A stretch of 63,643 nt of DNA, the filler included, from Calcarisporiella thermophila CBS 279.70 (Eukaryota; Fungi; Calcarisporiellomycota), in NCBI RefSeq assembly GCF_041956535.1. It is 13 parts of 11 records of this genome, joined end to end, with 100 filler letters (N's around TTAATTAATTAA, not from the genome) between each part and the next. Parts side by side here need not be neighbours in the genome. Positions count along the whole stretch, not along the records: positions 1 to 3,650 come from NW_027192238.1; positions 3,751 to 7,356 come from NW_027192261.1; positions 7,457 to 24,049 come from NW_027192214.1; 10 more parts are not named here. One strand, 5' to 3'. The notes under the pieces are model-generated. The model saw only the letters and a list, made by a program, of their open reading frames with translations, searched no databases and was not told the DNA's origin. The position numbers and the translations under genes are program-made. Below are positions 1-13,333 of the stretch, piece by piece. How positions within the stretch are numbered: the first letter of the stretch is position 1; each line of letters begins with the position of its first letter.

Positions 1-348
1 AGGTTCACTGGAAGGAGCGTATATGTTGATTAGGGTTATGGAGTAGGGTAACGAGGGGGCCCGAGCTACACAGCTTATCACTCGTCCGTCAGACTCAATC
101 CTGACCTCAGAAAGGGTAGCATCTGGGATCGTGGACAGTATTGCGGTGTGATAAGACCATATTGCAGGGCGACCCCATTCTCGATTCCATGCGTTTGTAG
201 TGTCGTCTTGTTTCTCATCGATTGGGAAGTGGGTTTCTTGTAAGAAGATGAAGTCGGGTTTAGCAATTAGCTTGATCCAGTTGAATAATGTACGTCTTTT
301 AGTGGGGTTAGCGATTCCCCTAGTGTTTAAGGATAAAAAAGTTGGCAT
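1..348 (-). CDS. LINE (L1/Tx1-like) ORF2 N-terminus, APE endonuclease domain; runs off the window start
   Basis: Manual translation from ATG at 348 gives MPTFLSLNTRGIANP...DFIFLQETHF...TLINIYAPSSEP, containing the APE motifs SxNxRG, LQETH and NIYAP. Not in the ORF track because no stop lies in the window. Confidence 0.9.
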   Translation of the reverse strand, partial: MPTFLSLNTRGIANPTKRRTLFNWIKLIAKPDFIFLQETHFPIDEKQDDTTNAWNREWGRPAIWSYHTAILSTIPDATLSEVRIESDGRVISCVARAPSLPYSITLINIYAPSSEP

Positions 349-398
349 TGGGTTAGGTTTGTTTGCTTTTATGGGTTGCGGTTTGTTTTTAGGATTGA

Positions 399-1560
399 TT
401 AGGCCGAGTCATCGTGCATAGTATCCGTGTCGCCATGGGTTGTCCCAAGGTCGCCGTGCGTTGTCTTAGGATCGTCCAGGTCTGTTTCCGGGCTGTATTG
501 GTTATCCTCTTGGTGGGTATTATTTAAGTGTTCATATTGGGTCGGCTGCGTTTCTTTGAGTTCGCTCTCTTTGAGTATGTCTTGTTGGACTTGATTGTAT
601 TCACTGTTAGTTGATTGAGTAGTGGGGGAGGGAAGGAAGTCCCTGAGCTGACGCTTCAACGGGCGAGGCGTACTGGCGCTTGTTGAGGGGTTCTCTTGCT
701 CAGGTTGTGTTTGGTCCTTCTTTCCTGCCTTGCTACGTTTTCCTTTTCGGCGGGTCACTAGCGTGAAGCCGTCGGCATCTGTTTGTGATTTGTCAGTGCT
801 ACTCGCGCCGAAGACCAAGGGATTGCCGTTGTTAGTGGGTGGGTTTTTTGTTGGGCCGTAGTAGTGCTAATGCTGTCAAAAACGAAAGTCTTGGGGGCCT
901 GGGGCCGTTTCCTCTCTTTCAGGAGGCAGGTTCGACTATCATGGCCCTCGCTGGAGCAGAGTCGACACAAGGGAGGACAGTCTGGCCAAGTTAGGATAAC
1001 TTTGTCTCCGTTTATGTCTATGGCACGGTTGAGTTTTTTAATTACCTCGTCCCGCCTTCCTGTCACGTTGAGCGTCATGAACAAGGTTGGGCGGATTACC
1101 GTGGGGAAACTGGGGTGTTTTCCGAACTCCCAGTGTAGCACCGGGGCGAAGTTTTCCTCTACCCAAGCTTTGTAGCTTTCTGCGTCTTGGGCATGATTAT
1201 ATGAGAGTCGAATGTCGTCCATTCTGATGGTTAACGCAGCAGAGCTCAGGTCAAAGCTACGGTGTATAGGGACACACCTTTTGTTTACGACCAAGCCTTC
1301 GCTAATGATCTTGTCGGTGTCCACGTGCTCCTTGAATTGGATTGCGAACTCGATCATATCTCGGCGGAGGTTGTCGTTGATGGCGTTGATGATGTCAACA
1401 AAACTTTCTTTAATCGCGGAAGTCGCTTGATTGTGGTCGGCGATTCCGGTGATATTAAAGATTAACGCTCCTTTCAGTTTGTAGGAGCGTTTGATTGGGG
1501 GTCGTGTTGAAGACTGGTTTGTCCAGTGCGTTTCTTGGCGACATTGGCGTAAGAGATCAT
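399..1560 (-). pseudogene. LINE ORF1 (gag-like, CCHC zinc knuckle), two apparent frameshifts
   Basis: Starts MISYANVAKK at 1560; ORF 758-1606 carries CRLCSSEGHDSRTC (CX2CX4HX4C); ORF 399-818 has the DGFTLVTRRK basic motif; lies directly upstream of the APE ORF2. Confidence 0.8.
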
Positions 1561-1589
1561 TTTTTTTCTTGAATGTATATCTATGTGGC

Positions 1590-1924
1590 TTTTTTTTTTT
1601 GATCAATCAATGGAAACTTTTATTTAATTTCCATATATTACATGAAGTTAATGTCAATGGACTTAACGAGATATAGGTCTTTGATCGATAGACTTTCAAT
1701 CGATATGCGTGTATCGTAGTTGTCGTGAATAGCATGTACGTGAAACCGATGTAATCTTTTGTACTTATCGTAAGGGCGATCTTTTCAATAATCAAGACTC
1801 AGCTTCTGATCAAGTGGATAGCAGCCACAAACTAAGAGTAAGTGCTGGTGGGGGAAGTGGGATTCGAACCCACGCCATTCGCATCGGCATCCCAGGGATA
1901 GTCCACTACACTAACCCTTCCCCC
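1590..1924 (-). mobile_element. tRNA-derived SINE family 1, full-length copy
   Basis: A box, B box (GGTTCGAATCC) and poly(A) tail; TSD TATATCTATGTG(G/A)CT at 1576-1590 and 1925-1939; near-identical copies elsewhere in the window. Confidence 0.93.
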
Positions 1925-1982
1925 TATATCTATGTGACTGCCTCTGTGGCTTCCCCGTATAAAAACCAATTATCTCGTAACA
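1925..1982 (-). mobile_element. 5' end of gypsy LTR family A, interrupted by the SINE and LINE
   Basis: Reverse complement matches the start of the LTR at 44320 (TGTTACGAGATAATTGG...). Confidence 0.85.
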
Positions 1983-2004
1983 GAGCACACGAAACATCAG
2001 GGAA

Positions 2005-2076
2005 GCCGTTGTAGTATAATGGTTAGTACATCACGTTGTGGCCGTGATGATCCCGGTTCGATTCCGGGCAACGGCA
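2005..2076 (+). tRNA. tRNA-His(GTG)
   Basis: Cloverleaf with acceptor GCCGTTG/CAACGGC, anticodon arm TCACG-TTGTGGC-CGTGA and T loop TTCGATT. Confidence 0.95.
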
Positions 2077-2299
2077 TTCAAAATATTTTATCCCTTCGAA
2101 ATTTAATCAATAACAATTTTTTTTATATCCACTTGTATTGGATTTCTCAAGTTATTTTTTGATACAAAATTTAAGTAGTTATTCGATACTACTCGCTTAT
2201 TGCTATACTATCGGTAGCCTTTGAGCTCCAAGAAAAACCCTGCAAATTCTCTAGGGCGTGATCCCATTGCCAGAACCGAATCCGTAACAATGATTTGGC

Positions 2300-2983
2300 T
2301 CCGGAATTTTTTCAATATTAGCAAATTTTACTATATTTCAATGGTAATTGACACATAATTTCTATTTTGGTGGTTCAAGAGAATTGATCCTTTCTTGCGA
2401 TTAGCATTGCTTCCTCGAAATTGAAAGCTAACTCTTGGCTATAATCGATCTGGATTAGCGAGTTCTTTCCCCATTTCTGCTTGAATCTTACTTCACCATT
2501 TTTTCTCTGTGCCTGTATCTACTGTCCTTTCATTGTTATGAGAAGATCTGATAAGAAGGCACACTTGAATGTGATATCCGTACGTTCTAGGTTCTCCATG
2601 ATAATTTCAACCCTTGCCTTGTGTATGCTCCAAACCATGATGTCATGTAGTAGCATAGAGACTTGTCAATTTTTGAGTTGTGTCCTCTTAGACCCCGAAG
2701 AGATTTCCATACCTCTGGATGTTTGTACAGGGCTTATCTATTAAATAGCTTTCAATAGTTTTCAGTTCTCTAACATTCAAAGAAAGCGTGTTCTATGATC
2801 TCTACCTCTCCTCGTCGGCATCTCTTGCAATTGGGGCAGGATATATGTTTATTTTTTCAATAAAGGTCCTTTATTGAAAAGTACCCTATCCTGTTAAAAA
2901 GGCAGGGTAGCTTCTACCTCTAAATCACCCAGGAAATGCTCCTGCCCCAAGGCCAGGAGATATCATCATGAGCCCAATTAAAA
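2300..2983 (-). mobile_element. Degenerate LINE 3' fragments (ORF2 C-terminal remnant plus a poly(A)-tailed stub at ~2852-2983); boundaries approximate
   Basis: Minus-strand translation LLHDIMVWSIHKARVE resembles the other LINE C-termini here; 2385-2485 resembles 3155-3235 and 21085-21165; the stub tail resembles 39168-39209. Confidence 0.6.
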
Positions 2984-2997
2984 TATATAGATAACGC

Positions 2998-3239
2998 TTT
3001 TTTTTTTCCTCTAAGGACGCAAGAACTTGCGTCCTGTGGTTTATTTAAACTATATTATACATGTAAGAGACGCTTCTGAACAAGAATATTAAGTACAAGG
3101 AAACCAGGGATATAACTTAAAGAGTTCTGTGCTCGGAAGGGTCAAGTTAGGTATTCTTTGCTTCCTCGAGATCGAAAGCTACTCCTTGTTTATCATTGAT
3201 CCGGATTAGTGAGTTCTTTCCCCATTTCTGCTTGAAAAT
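2998..3239 (-). mobile_element. 5'-truncated LINE 3' end
   Basis: Poly(T)-CCTCTAAGGACGC... is homologous to 20932-21170; flanked by imperfect TATATnnATAACGC repeats. Confidence 0.75.
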
Positions 3240-3254
3240 TTATATGAATAACGC

Positions 3255-3563
3255 TTTTTTTTAAGAAGGATCTTTATTGAAAAGTTTTCTATACAAGTTA
3301 AATGCTGGGTTGTACAGCCCCCAATTTTTGCATGGAATTTCTGTTTTCTGATGTCTCAATATCTAAATAAGAAGTATATATGGTAGAGTTTCATTGAAGC
3401 ATTTTACTGCATTTCGGAGAAGTTGTAATGAAGTAGCTTTTAGCTCGATTCCTAGGGTATGTCCCGATCACATCTCTAGTGCCGATGCTGTCACCGGGAA
3501 TCGAACCCCGCACACAATGATTAAGATTCAGGGCTCTTAACCACTGTGCCATCCAAGGTCGGC
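3255..3563 (-). mobile_element. Candidate second SINE family (tRNA-like head, possibly Lys-derived; LINE-type tail)
   Basis: A box TGGCACAGTGG, B box GGTTCGATTCCC, unpaired acceptor stem, tail CAATAAAGATCC...poly(A), TSD TTATAT(G/T)AATAACGC at 3240-3254 and 3564-3578. Single copy in the window. Confidence 0.65.
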
Positions 3564-3650
3564 TTATATTAATAACGCAAAAAAAAGTGACTGCTAATTG
3601 TATTTATCTTATAAAAATTAATTTTATTACAACATTTTGTTACGGGCGAA

Positions 3651-3750
3651 NNNNNNNNNNNNNNNNNNNNNNNNNNNNNNNNNNNNNNNNNNNNTTAATT
3701 AATTAANNNNNNNNNNNNNNNNNNNNNNNNNNNNNNNNNNNNNNNNNNNN
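3651..3750. other. Artificial contig spacer N-TTAATTAATTAA-N (also 7357-7456, 24050-24149, 28303-28402, 35730-35829, 38892-38991, 45245-45344, 47023-47122, 51290-51389, 54010-54109, 57841-57940, 61704-61803)
   Basis: The same 100-bp N-padded six-frame-stop linker occurs 12 times. Confidence 0.98.
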
Positions 3751-4801
3751 AGAGCGCGGTTGTGGAAGCGGCCCCAATCCATGTCTTTCTCCTGGCCGGC
3801 AGTGCCCTCCAGCAAGCACACTTGAATTCATATATAGGATTCGCACATCATACCAACAGATTTAATTGACTCAAATTTGAATAAAGCTGATTTCACCATT
3901 GATTCCATAGGTTTTCAAAAGTGGTTGGTTATGATTGCTTTTTAATTTCGAGATAGACGGTTTTGCTTCCCACATAATAATCTTTTTGTTAAGAGAAAAT
4001 CCTCATGAGGTTTTAAAATAGCACAGTCGAGAAAACGTATATTTTGCCTCCATTCATAAGATGGTACATAATGCATATTCTGGCCGAAATTTTGTCAAAA
4101 AGTTAATTATCTGCTGAATAATTATTAATAACCTCAAGTTGATCAAAGGTTTGTTTTCGCTATTATTTTTTTCTATATAGATCATCATTTGTATTCGTTA
4201 AATTTCTTTGGGCATTCTTCAATGCAGGGTTCTAAGCGCTTTCTTCTTTCGTTCTGATTTCCAGCTGGGTGAGAGCCATTTGCAAATTTAATTTGGATGG
4301 AATATATTTACAGTATGGTGATTTGACAACTTAATTGATTAGGGAGATACGGTGTAAAGCTTATAATTTATTATTTCTCTAAGGTTTGGTAGTAGGACCC
4401 TTCTACGACATGAAATAGAGGCTTACAAATGCTTAACATTTAATTTATTTAGCTTTGTGCAAAAATTAGCGCTTCCTTTGTTACAAATATCCTTTTCTTT
4501 TCTACGCAGAATTTCTCACATGCATGTTATTTTCGTGGCACTAATTGCGAAGCTAAACATCTGGTATTGGATGATAACAATACCGAGAAATAATGTTTAA
4601 ATCTAAAGTAAGAGTGAATGAAAATAAGACAAATGTTACATTTTATTGCCAGAGTAGCTACTATAGTATTATACGTATGCCTCGGAATATCTTTAGGTCT
4701 GCTCCGATGGCTCTTCCTCATTACAAATCATTTTTATCTCAAGCATCCATTGATTCTATAAATACGACCACTTTCATAAGACCCGACCATCAGGAATTAC
4801 A

Positions 4802-5131
4802 ATGCAACTTAAAACCCTTGTGTTCTTAGCTGTTGTAGCAAACTGCTACGCTGGGTATGCTTCCGTGTGTTGGGACCGTCGCAGTTGCTGCATTGACTAC
4901 CAAGTGACTAAAGATTGCTGTGCAGCCGTGAAGCATGTTGCTTATTTCAACGAGAGGAATCACAATTGCCTTGCCGGCAATCCCATAACCAGAAACAGTG
5001 TCGACATCGGTGCAATGGTGCGCTGTTGTGAATCCCGCAACCGCGGCAGCCACGGTCATAACAGCAGGATAGGCGAGTGGGGAGGCGCAATACCATCATG
5101 CAAGTGTGTTCACCAAGAACCTAAGAATTGA
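4802..5131 (+). CDS. Small secreted cysteine-rich protein (effector-like), 109 aa
   Basis: Hydrophobic signal peptide MQLKTLVFLAVVANCYA; 10 Cys in the mature part including three CC pairs; TATAAAT at ~4757. Confidence 0.75.
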   Translation: MQLKTLVFLAVVANCYAGYASVCWDRRSCCIDYQVTKDCCAAVKHVAYFNERNHNCLAGNPITRNSVDIGAMVRCCESRNRGSHGHNSRIGEWGGAIPSCKCVHQEPKN

Positions 5132-5867
5132 ACGGTATCAGTACAAGCACCTTTCATGAAGCCAATCCGCCATCAGTAGGATATCGACTTTTTTCCTAAT
5201 AACTGTGTTGCCAACTCCTATAAAATTATTAATGTACCTACTTAGGCTATTAAGCTTTGCTCTAAATCTGAGTCTTTAAACATTACATGAAATCAAAGGG
5301 AGACAAAAGAGATCTCAATATACTATCTCCACATTGAATACTATCCCAGGGAATTTAATATGAAGACTGTCAGATTACCTATGCATTATCAGGATATACC
5401 AAATTTAAATGCCTTAATTACTAGAGTTTTAGGTCCAATATTTAATAGTATTTACTTTATTGTCTGGATTTTCACATCATAGAAGATCGTATGAATACAA
5501 TTATTTGGCAATAGAAATAGGTTATTAGTATCTATTACTATTATCATCAAAAAAAAAAATTAAACAGCGTATCACCTTGAATTTCTGTCTTGTAGCAAAT
5601 TTCTTTATAATCTCTCGCATATATAGTTAGCAATGTCAGTATATACCACAATCACTTTGTATCATATATTTATTAATTAGGGGATATCAATGATAGGGAC
5701 CAATGAATATTTGATAAATCTGGATGCTTTACACTAAATTTCAACTGCCAAAAAACTCGCCTATCACTCAATCGTCTTATAAAACTTTATTTATCATTAA
5801 CCGAAATTAACACCTTGCAATAGATAAAGAAAATTATACTCAAGCATAAATATACACAAAGAATTTC

Positions 5868-6758
5868 CTAAGCGTCATCGCGCAAAACCTTGATGACTGC
5901 TCCAACTTCTTCATCTCCGTATCCCGCAGCCAATGCTTTTTTGAATATTCCCTGGATGAATGTTGGAACCTCCGAGTTAATCTTTGCTTCTTGAGCCTGC
6001 TTTTTAATAAGGTCAATCGATGCTGAGCTAATTTTAACCGAGCTCTGTGGCTTGGAATAGTCTGCTTCTTGGATCACATTGCTCTCGTGTTTGACCATCT
6101 CCCCGATAATCGGAGCAAGGTTGGCGATCATGGCACCCAAGGCGTCCACTCTGATACCCTCAGATTCAAAGATACGAGCACCATGTAAGAAGCCAAACAT
6201 CGAGCCCCAAAGATAGGAAAGGAATCCTAGATCCCAAGTGGAAGCTGCACCAATTGCTTCACCCATGAATTGTAAATTTCCGGCAAGGACCTTGAGGAGC
6301 GGCTCAGCCTTTTTAAATATAAATTCGTTGCCTGATACGAAAATGGGTGTGTCTGGCCTCCCAATCTGTACTGGAGTTGCTAGGATAGCGCCGTCGAGAT
6401 AGTCGGCACCATGCCCACGCACCCAAGCTTCAGCATCGCGCGCATCCTGAGGTGTACCAGTGCTTAGTTCTACTAGCAATCGGCCTTTAAGAGTTGGAAT
6501 GACCTCGCTACTGTCGAGAAGGCTACGCGTTGCTTTATAGTCCGTGACGCAAATGATCGAGATCGGGCTCGAACTAATAGCCGCAGCAACGCTGGGAGCC
6601 AGGATACCTCCTTCACGAACTACCGGCTCAGCTTTCGAACTCGATCTATTCCACACAGTGACGCGATAACCAGAACGAAGCAGAGTCTGGGCAAGCACTA
6701 CGCCCATGTCTCCTAAACCGATTATCGAGACTGCTTCGAAATTTTTGTTAGCCGCCAT
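5868..6758 (-). CDS. NAD(P)-dependent oxidoreductase, imine reductase / beta-hydroxyacid dehydrogenase family
   Basis: Motifs IGLGDMG, VTVWNRS, LSTGTP and YLDGAI; intronless; first ATG at 6758. Confidence 0.88.
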   Translation of the reverse strand: MAANKNFEAVSIIGLGDMGVVLAQTLLRSGYRVTVWNRSSSKAEPVVREGGILAPSVAAAISSSPISIICVTDYKATRSLLDSSEVIPTLKGRLLVELSTGTPQDARDAEAWVRGHGADYLDGAILATPVQIGRPDTPIFVSGNEFIFKKAEPLLKVLAGNLQFMGEAIGAASTWDLGFLSYLWGSMFGFLHGARIFESEGIRVDALGAMIANLAPIIGEMVKHESNVIQEADYSKPQSSVKISSASIDLIKKQAQEAKINSEVPTFIQGIFKKALAAGYGDEEVGAVIKVLRDDA

Positions 6759-7532
6759 AGGAATTGGAAATGTCAAGCCTTTGAGAAATGTCTATTGTTT
6801 TGATGCGATTGTAGTTGTAGGCTAGCAGTGGAGCTATTCTTTCATATTTATATTAAAGACCCAAATGAAAAATTACTAGATTAGGAGGGACCACAGAGGA
6901 TACAATGAGCATCAGCGAATTTCATCATCTCTGAAATTCTGGGTTTCATTAGAAAAATTTTCGAATATAATAATTAGTAAGGACTTACTAATGCTTTACT
7001 AAGGCGCACAATTTGAGTTCCGCCACAAATATGGAATCTATGGAATGAGTTATCAGCCACTCGCCTTCCTTTTACTCTAAATTATGCACAAAATCCGGAT
7101 ACACAAGTGGCTTAAACAAAGGTGCTGAATAGTTGTCTAATATCTGACTCATATCCAGCAAATTGATGATTCTGTCATCCGTGAAATAGACGTAGTTGAC
7201 ACTAGATGAGAAATAGGTATCAATATGTCTTGATAGTTCTAGGGATGTGCTCAGCTGAATTTTACAATTAAACAGGGTTCGAGAATAAGTCTCTATTGAG
7301 TTCCTTCGTTCGCCCTCGATTACGATTAGTAATGCATATTTTCATTCTGAAACTGTNNNNNNNNNNNNNNNNNNNNNNNNNNNNNNNNNNNNNNNNNNNN
7401 TTAATTAATTAANNNNNNNNNNNNNNNNNNNNNNNNNNNNNNNNNNNNNNNNNNNNCCCTCCCCCCCCCTTAATAAACCAGTAATTATCTTAACTATCCT
7501 CCCATGTACTACACAGATTCTAACAAGTTTAT

Positions 7533-7812
7533 TGTCGTGTGCTAGAGAAGGGATATGCTGTAAGCTAGGATAAATAGGCGAATAGTAGCGGTTTCACGGA
7601 CAATAGTTTGTTACTATTTAATATTCCGTAGCGAGACTTTGGTTCAGCCTTCGGATTATATTTTCTGTGACTTACTTTACGTAATTTAAGTGTATAAATA
7701 GTCTTTAGATCTTAAGTGTTGTAAGGACAAGAAGTAACAAGAGTATTATTAGTTTCTTTATATTTTCAATCTCTTTTCAAATATCTCCTTAAACTATCTT
7801 GAGCACACGAAA
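7533..7812. mobile_element. Solo LTR family C (280 bp), 19 bp upstream of tRNA-Thr
   Basis: Termini TGTCGTGTGCT...AGCACACGAAA (imperfect inverted repeat), 4-bp TSD TTAT on both sides, internal TATAAATA. Confidence 0.75.
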
Positions 7813-7831
7813 TTATGACAGTGGTGTAATT

Positions 7832-7904
7832 GGTCACTTGGCTCAGTTGGCAGAGCGTCTGCCTAGTAAGCAGAAGGTCATGAGTTCGATTCTCATAGTG
7901 ACCA
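7832..7904 (+). tRNA. tRNA-Thr(AGT)
   Basis: Cloverleaf with acceptor GGTCACT/AGTGACC and anticodon arm TCTGC-CTAGTAA-GCAGA; identical to 28537-28609. Confidence 0.95.
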
Positions 7905-8673
7905 TCCCCAATGATGAAAAAATATTTTATTTATACTGCGAGATATACTTTTGTTGCAGGCGTCCAATAAAATGAACTTGGATACGTTTAACAGATATAT
8001 CTTAAACAACGGTAGAGCTAGCAATTCGAATGTACATAATACAGCTTTTATATTGAAGTTAATATGCAGCAAATTGGAGAATAATTTAGCCTACTCTCCC
8101 TTCGATATGATTTTGCATTTAACTAGTACAAATATATTGCGAGATAAATAAATTTGTTCAATCAAATAATCCAGTAGAATGAACCACTCAAATGAATATG
8201 AATAGAAAATGTATAAATATAAATATAGATTCTCAAGTTCTTCAAGCGGTGTAGATCGTCTTATGTAGGAGATTTCTATATTTCAGAAGAGCAACGCAAA
8301 TAGGATTAGAATCTGAAGGTTTCGAGGAAAGCTTGTTCTATTGGTTTAGTAAAACACCGTTAATTTTTGATTCGGATTTCAAACGACGCGACCGCTAGAG
8401 TGTTAGGGTATTTCGTTTTCTGAATTTTGTTTTGTGCTTTGTTTTTTTATTTTTTTTCAGCGCAATGCCCGCGTGATTAATTCTTTTTTCTTCGCGTACC
8501 CCTTTTAATCATTATTGAATTCTGGTCAATTCGCGTCTAATTATCAAGCATAATCTTTCCATACCGTAAATCTCAGCTGATTTGGACTCTTTTCCTTGCC
8601 AACTTTTTAAATCTACGCGGGGTCTTTTGCAATTTAATTGAATTCTTATTTCACGGATTGATCTTTCGCGTAA

Positions 8674-9592
8674 ATGAGAATGTCAACTACACGATCCTCA
8701 ACCACGCGACACCAATTCGCTCATGAAGATGCCACCAACGTATACTATTTACTTTTTTTCCTATATACTCAAGATCTCAATAGCAATTTCTGACGCGTTC
8801 TACTTTTTCGAATAGACCTTACGCCGTTTGAGGATTCGTCTTGCATTTGCAAAATATAAATCACAAAATGGTTTAGAACGCTATGGCCTTGACGATTTGG
8901 AGAGAATGCATCCGATGAGTGGCTCCGTTCCTAAAACACCTCGCCAACTTTCTGCAATAAGAAAAGGGAATCAATGGCAACCTAGGATTCCCTCCAAACT
9001 TTCCACGCCCATCCAGCAGCTTCCACATCGGGAAAAACAGGCTATACCTAGTGATGAGGATGCAGCGCGCTTGATGCTTTTACTCCGTCATTCACCCAGC
9101 CCACATGTCTCTTATCAACAAGGTTCCATGACTTCTGATCCTTTCAAAACCCCTGGGCAGACTGACCATGGTAAAAGAGAAACTATAGCCTATCGTACTC
9201 AACAACAACGCACAAAATCGCAGCAGCAGTCGACACCCCTGACTTCTCCTCTTCAACAGCGTATATCGTATCCCCCTCATATGGGACAGTTGCGAAGAAA
9301 CGACTCAAGTCAATATCTACTCTCTCCTCCTCGGTTGGATGAGGCCTATACTCTCAGCAGCTTTTCCAAACTATACACACCGCCTCCCTCTGCCTCCCGG
9401 CCTACATCTAGTGTTCCAGCAGCTGCGCAAGGTTCTCCTACAAAGAATGGCAACACGAACATTCGTGAATTAGCTATATCCTCTCCGCCAACACCCCCCA
9501 CCAAGCACCCAGCATTGATGACAATGGATAGCGGAATCGGTGGAGAAGAGGAGGGAAGACGGCCGATGGCCATTGGAAATTTACTTGCGTAA
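8674..9592 (+). CDS. Whi5/Nrm1-like G1/S transcriptional repressor; one intron (8740-8815)
   Basis: LRIRLAFAKYKSQNGLE..LDDLE matches the Whi5-family GTB motif; many SP/TP sites; in-frame GT-AG intron. Confidence 0.7.
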
Positions 9593-10035
9593 ATACTATT
9601 ATTGTGTGTAAAGAATCTCTATTTCTCTGTCTATACATGTTTCATATATTTATTCTTTTTGTCCCAGAGTATTATTTATTGATACTTGTTTTTTCTTCTC
9701 CCCTACTTCTTTCTATATCTGTCTCTTTCTCTTTCTGTTTATGTAGCTAGTTTTATGTTCAATATATTGATTAAATACTTACAATATATACATTTCTTCT
9801 TCCTATTCTTTATCTTCTTTTATATTTCATTTCTTGGGATTCTTCTCGATTGGGGGAATGCTTATTAACAGAGTATGGAGGATTATGTTATCTTTGAAAT
9901 GAGCCATTAGAGTTCAGTTCAATCCGTAATTGCTTTAGTAAGCACGGGCCATTTTATTCTGTGATCAGTGACGTTGAAACGTTACTTGCCTCGTAGTTTT
10001 TTCTGCTGTTCGTAATAAATCCCGTAAAAGTAAAT

Positions 10036-10623
10036 ATGTCGCTTCGATCCCTTCGCGTTCCCAATCCCTCCGCCTTCCATGAGATTATCCAATCCAACAT
10101 TGCACAGCTGAATGAAGGGAAACGCTTATTTGTTCTGTTTTTTGGTAATTTCTTGCTTCTACCTCGACCAATCCAGAGTCGAATGGTTGAAAAAGTCCTC
10201 CTTTCACTAACATCTATCTTTGTGTCAATTTTCTAGGGACCGAAGACCCTCAGACAGGAGAATCCTGGTGCCCCGATTGTGTAATTGGTGAGATCTCCTT
10301 TTTTTTTGCATGTTTGCTGTGCTGTTTTATCTCTAGCATCATCTCTGATGATATTTCGATCCGCACTTTTAGCCGAACCCGCGATCCGCAGCTCTCTCTC
10401 CAAATCTACCAAGGCTCAGGGTAAAGACACTCTTCTTATCGAGTGCCCTGTCGGCCCACGCTCCGAATGGAAAAACAATCCCACTCATCCCTATCGCGTC
10501 GACTCCGCAACTAAAGTGACTGGAGTGCCCACGTTAATCCGATGGACTCAGAATGGTGCTGGGGATCGACTGGTGGAAGAGGAATGCGCTGATGCAGCCC
10601 GGTTGGCCACATTCTTTAGTTAG
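10036..10623 (+). CDS. Thioredoxin-like protein, TXNDC17/TRP14 family; two introns
   Basis: Spliced SWCPDC active site; VGPRSEWK...HPYR and GVPTLIRW motifs. Confidence 0.88.
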
Positions 10624-10782
10624 AAGGGAGAGAGATCAATAAAAGACAGGCGGAAGGCCTGAGCTATGCAAAATGTTGAAATGTATTATTGGAGAAAAAT
10701 GCTCAAAAAGCAGTTCATAAATAATACCAGAGTTCAAGACAAATATAAAACAAATATTACGAAATTAATAAGCAACACACTC

Positions 10783-12927
<2,145 letters not shown>

Positions 12928-13333
12928 TATAAATTATGTATATATATATATATACATATATACTCGTCGTGGATAAACTTCGCAAGAAATGGAGATAGTG
13001 TTTCATTCGCCTTTATCAAGTATGAAGTTTTAGCCAAACACCATTCCAAAAAAGAATAGCTATATTCACAGATGTCTTTTGTCACCACATCAAAGGACAT
13101 CAATATGATGTTAACAGATTAACTAAAGATCGCCTCACAAGGGTGTTCTTTTTGCTATAAAAGAAAAATTTGCACTGCGCCTCATAAACCAATTTTGCCA
13201 CCAAAAATGAAAGAAAAAACTTCAACTTTAAAAAGCATAACTACTTTCAACCCAAGAGTGTCCAAGAAAAAAAGTACCCAAACAAATAAACGATATCCTG
13301 AGCGACAAAAAGCTCATAACTTCCATTGAAGAC

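Noticed and set aside
1843-1924. SINE head as a functional tRNA gene
   Set aside because: No valid anticodon arm; always attached to the same body, poly(A) and TSD.
1814-2014. Repeated small ORF MDSSHKLRVSAGGG... (also 52922, 62790) and MIIEKIAL...
   Set aside because: Incidental frames of the SINE; ends vary by locus and starts are non-ATG.
3651-3750. Recurrent TTAATTAATTAA palindrome
   Set aside because: Artificial contig linker; adjacency across these spacers has no biological meaning.
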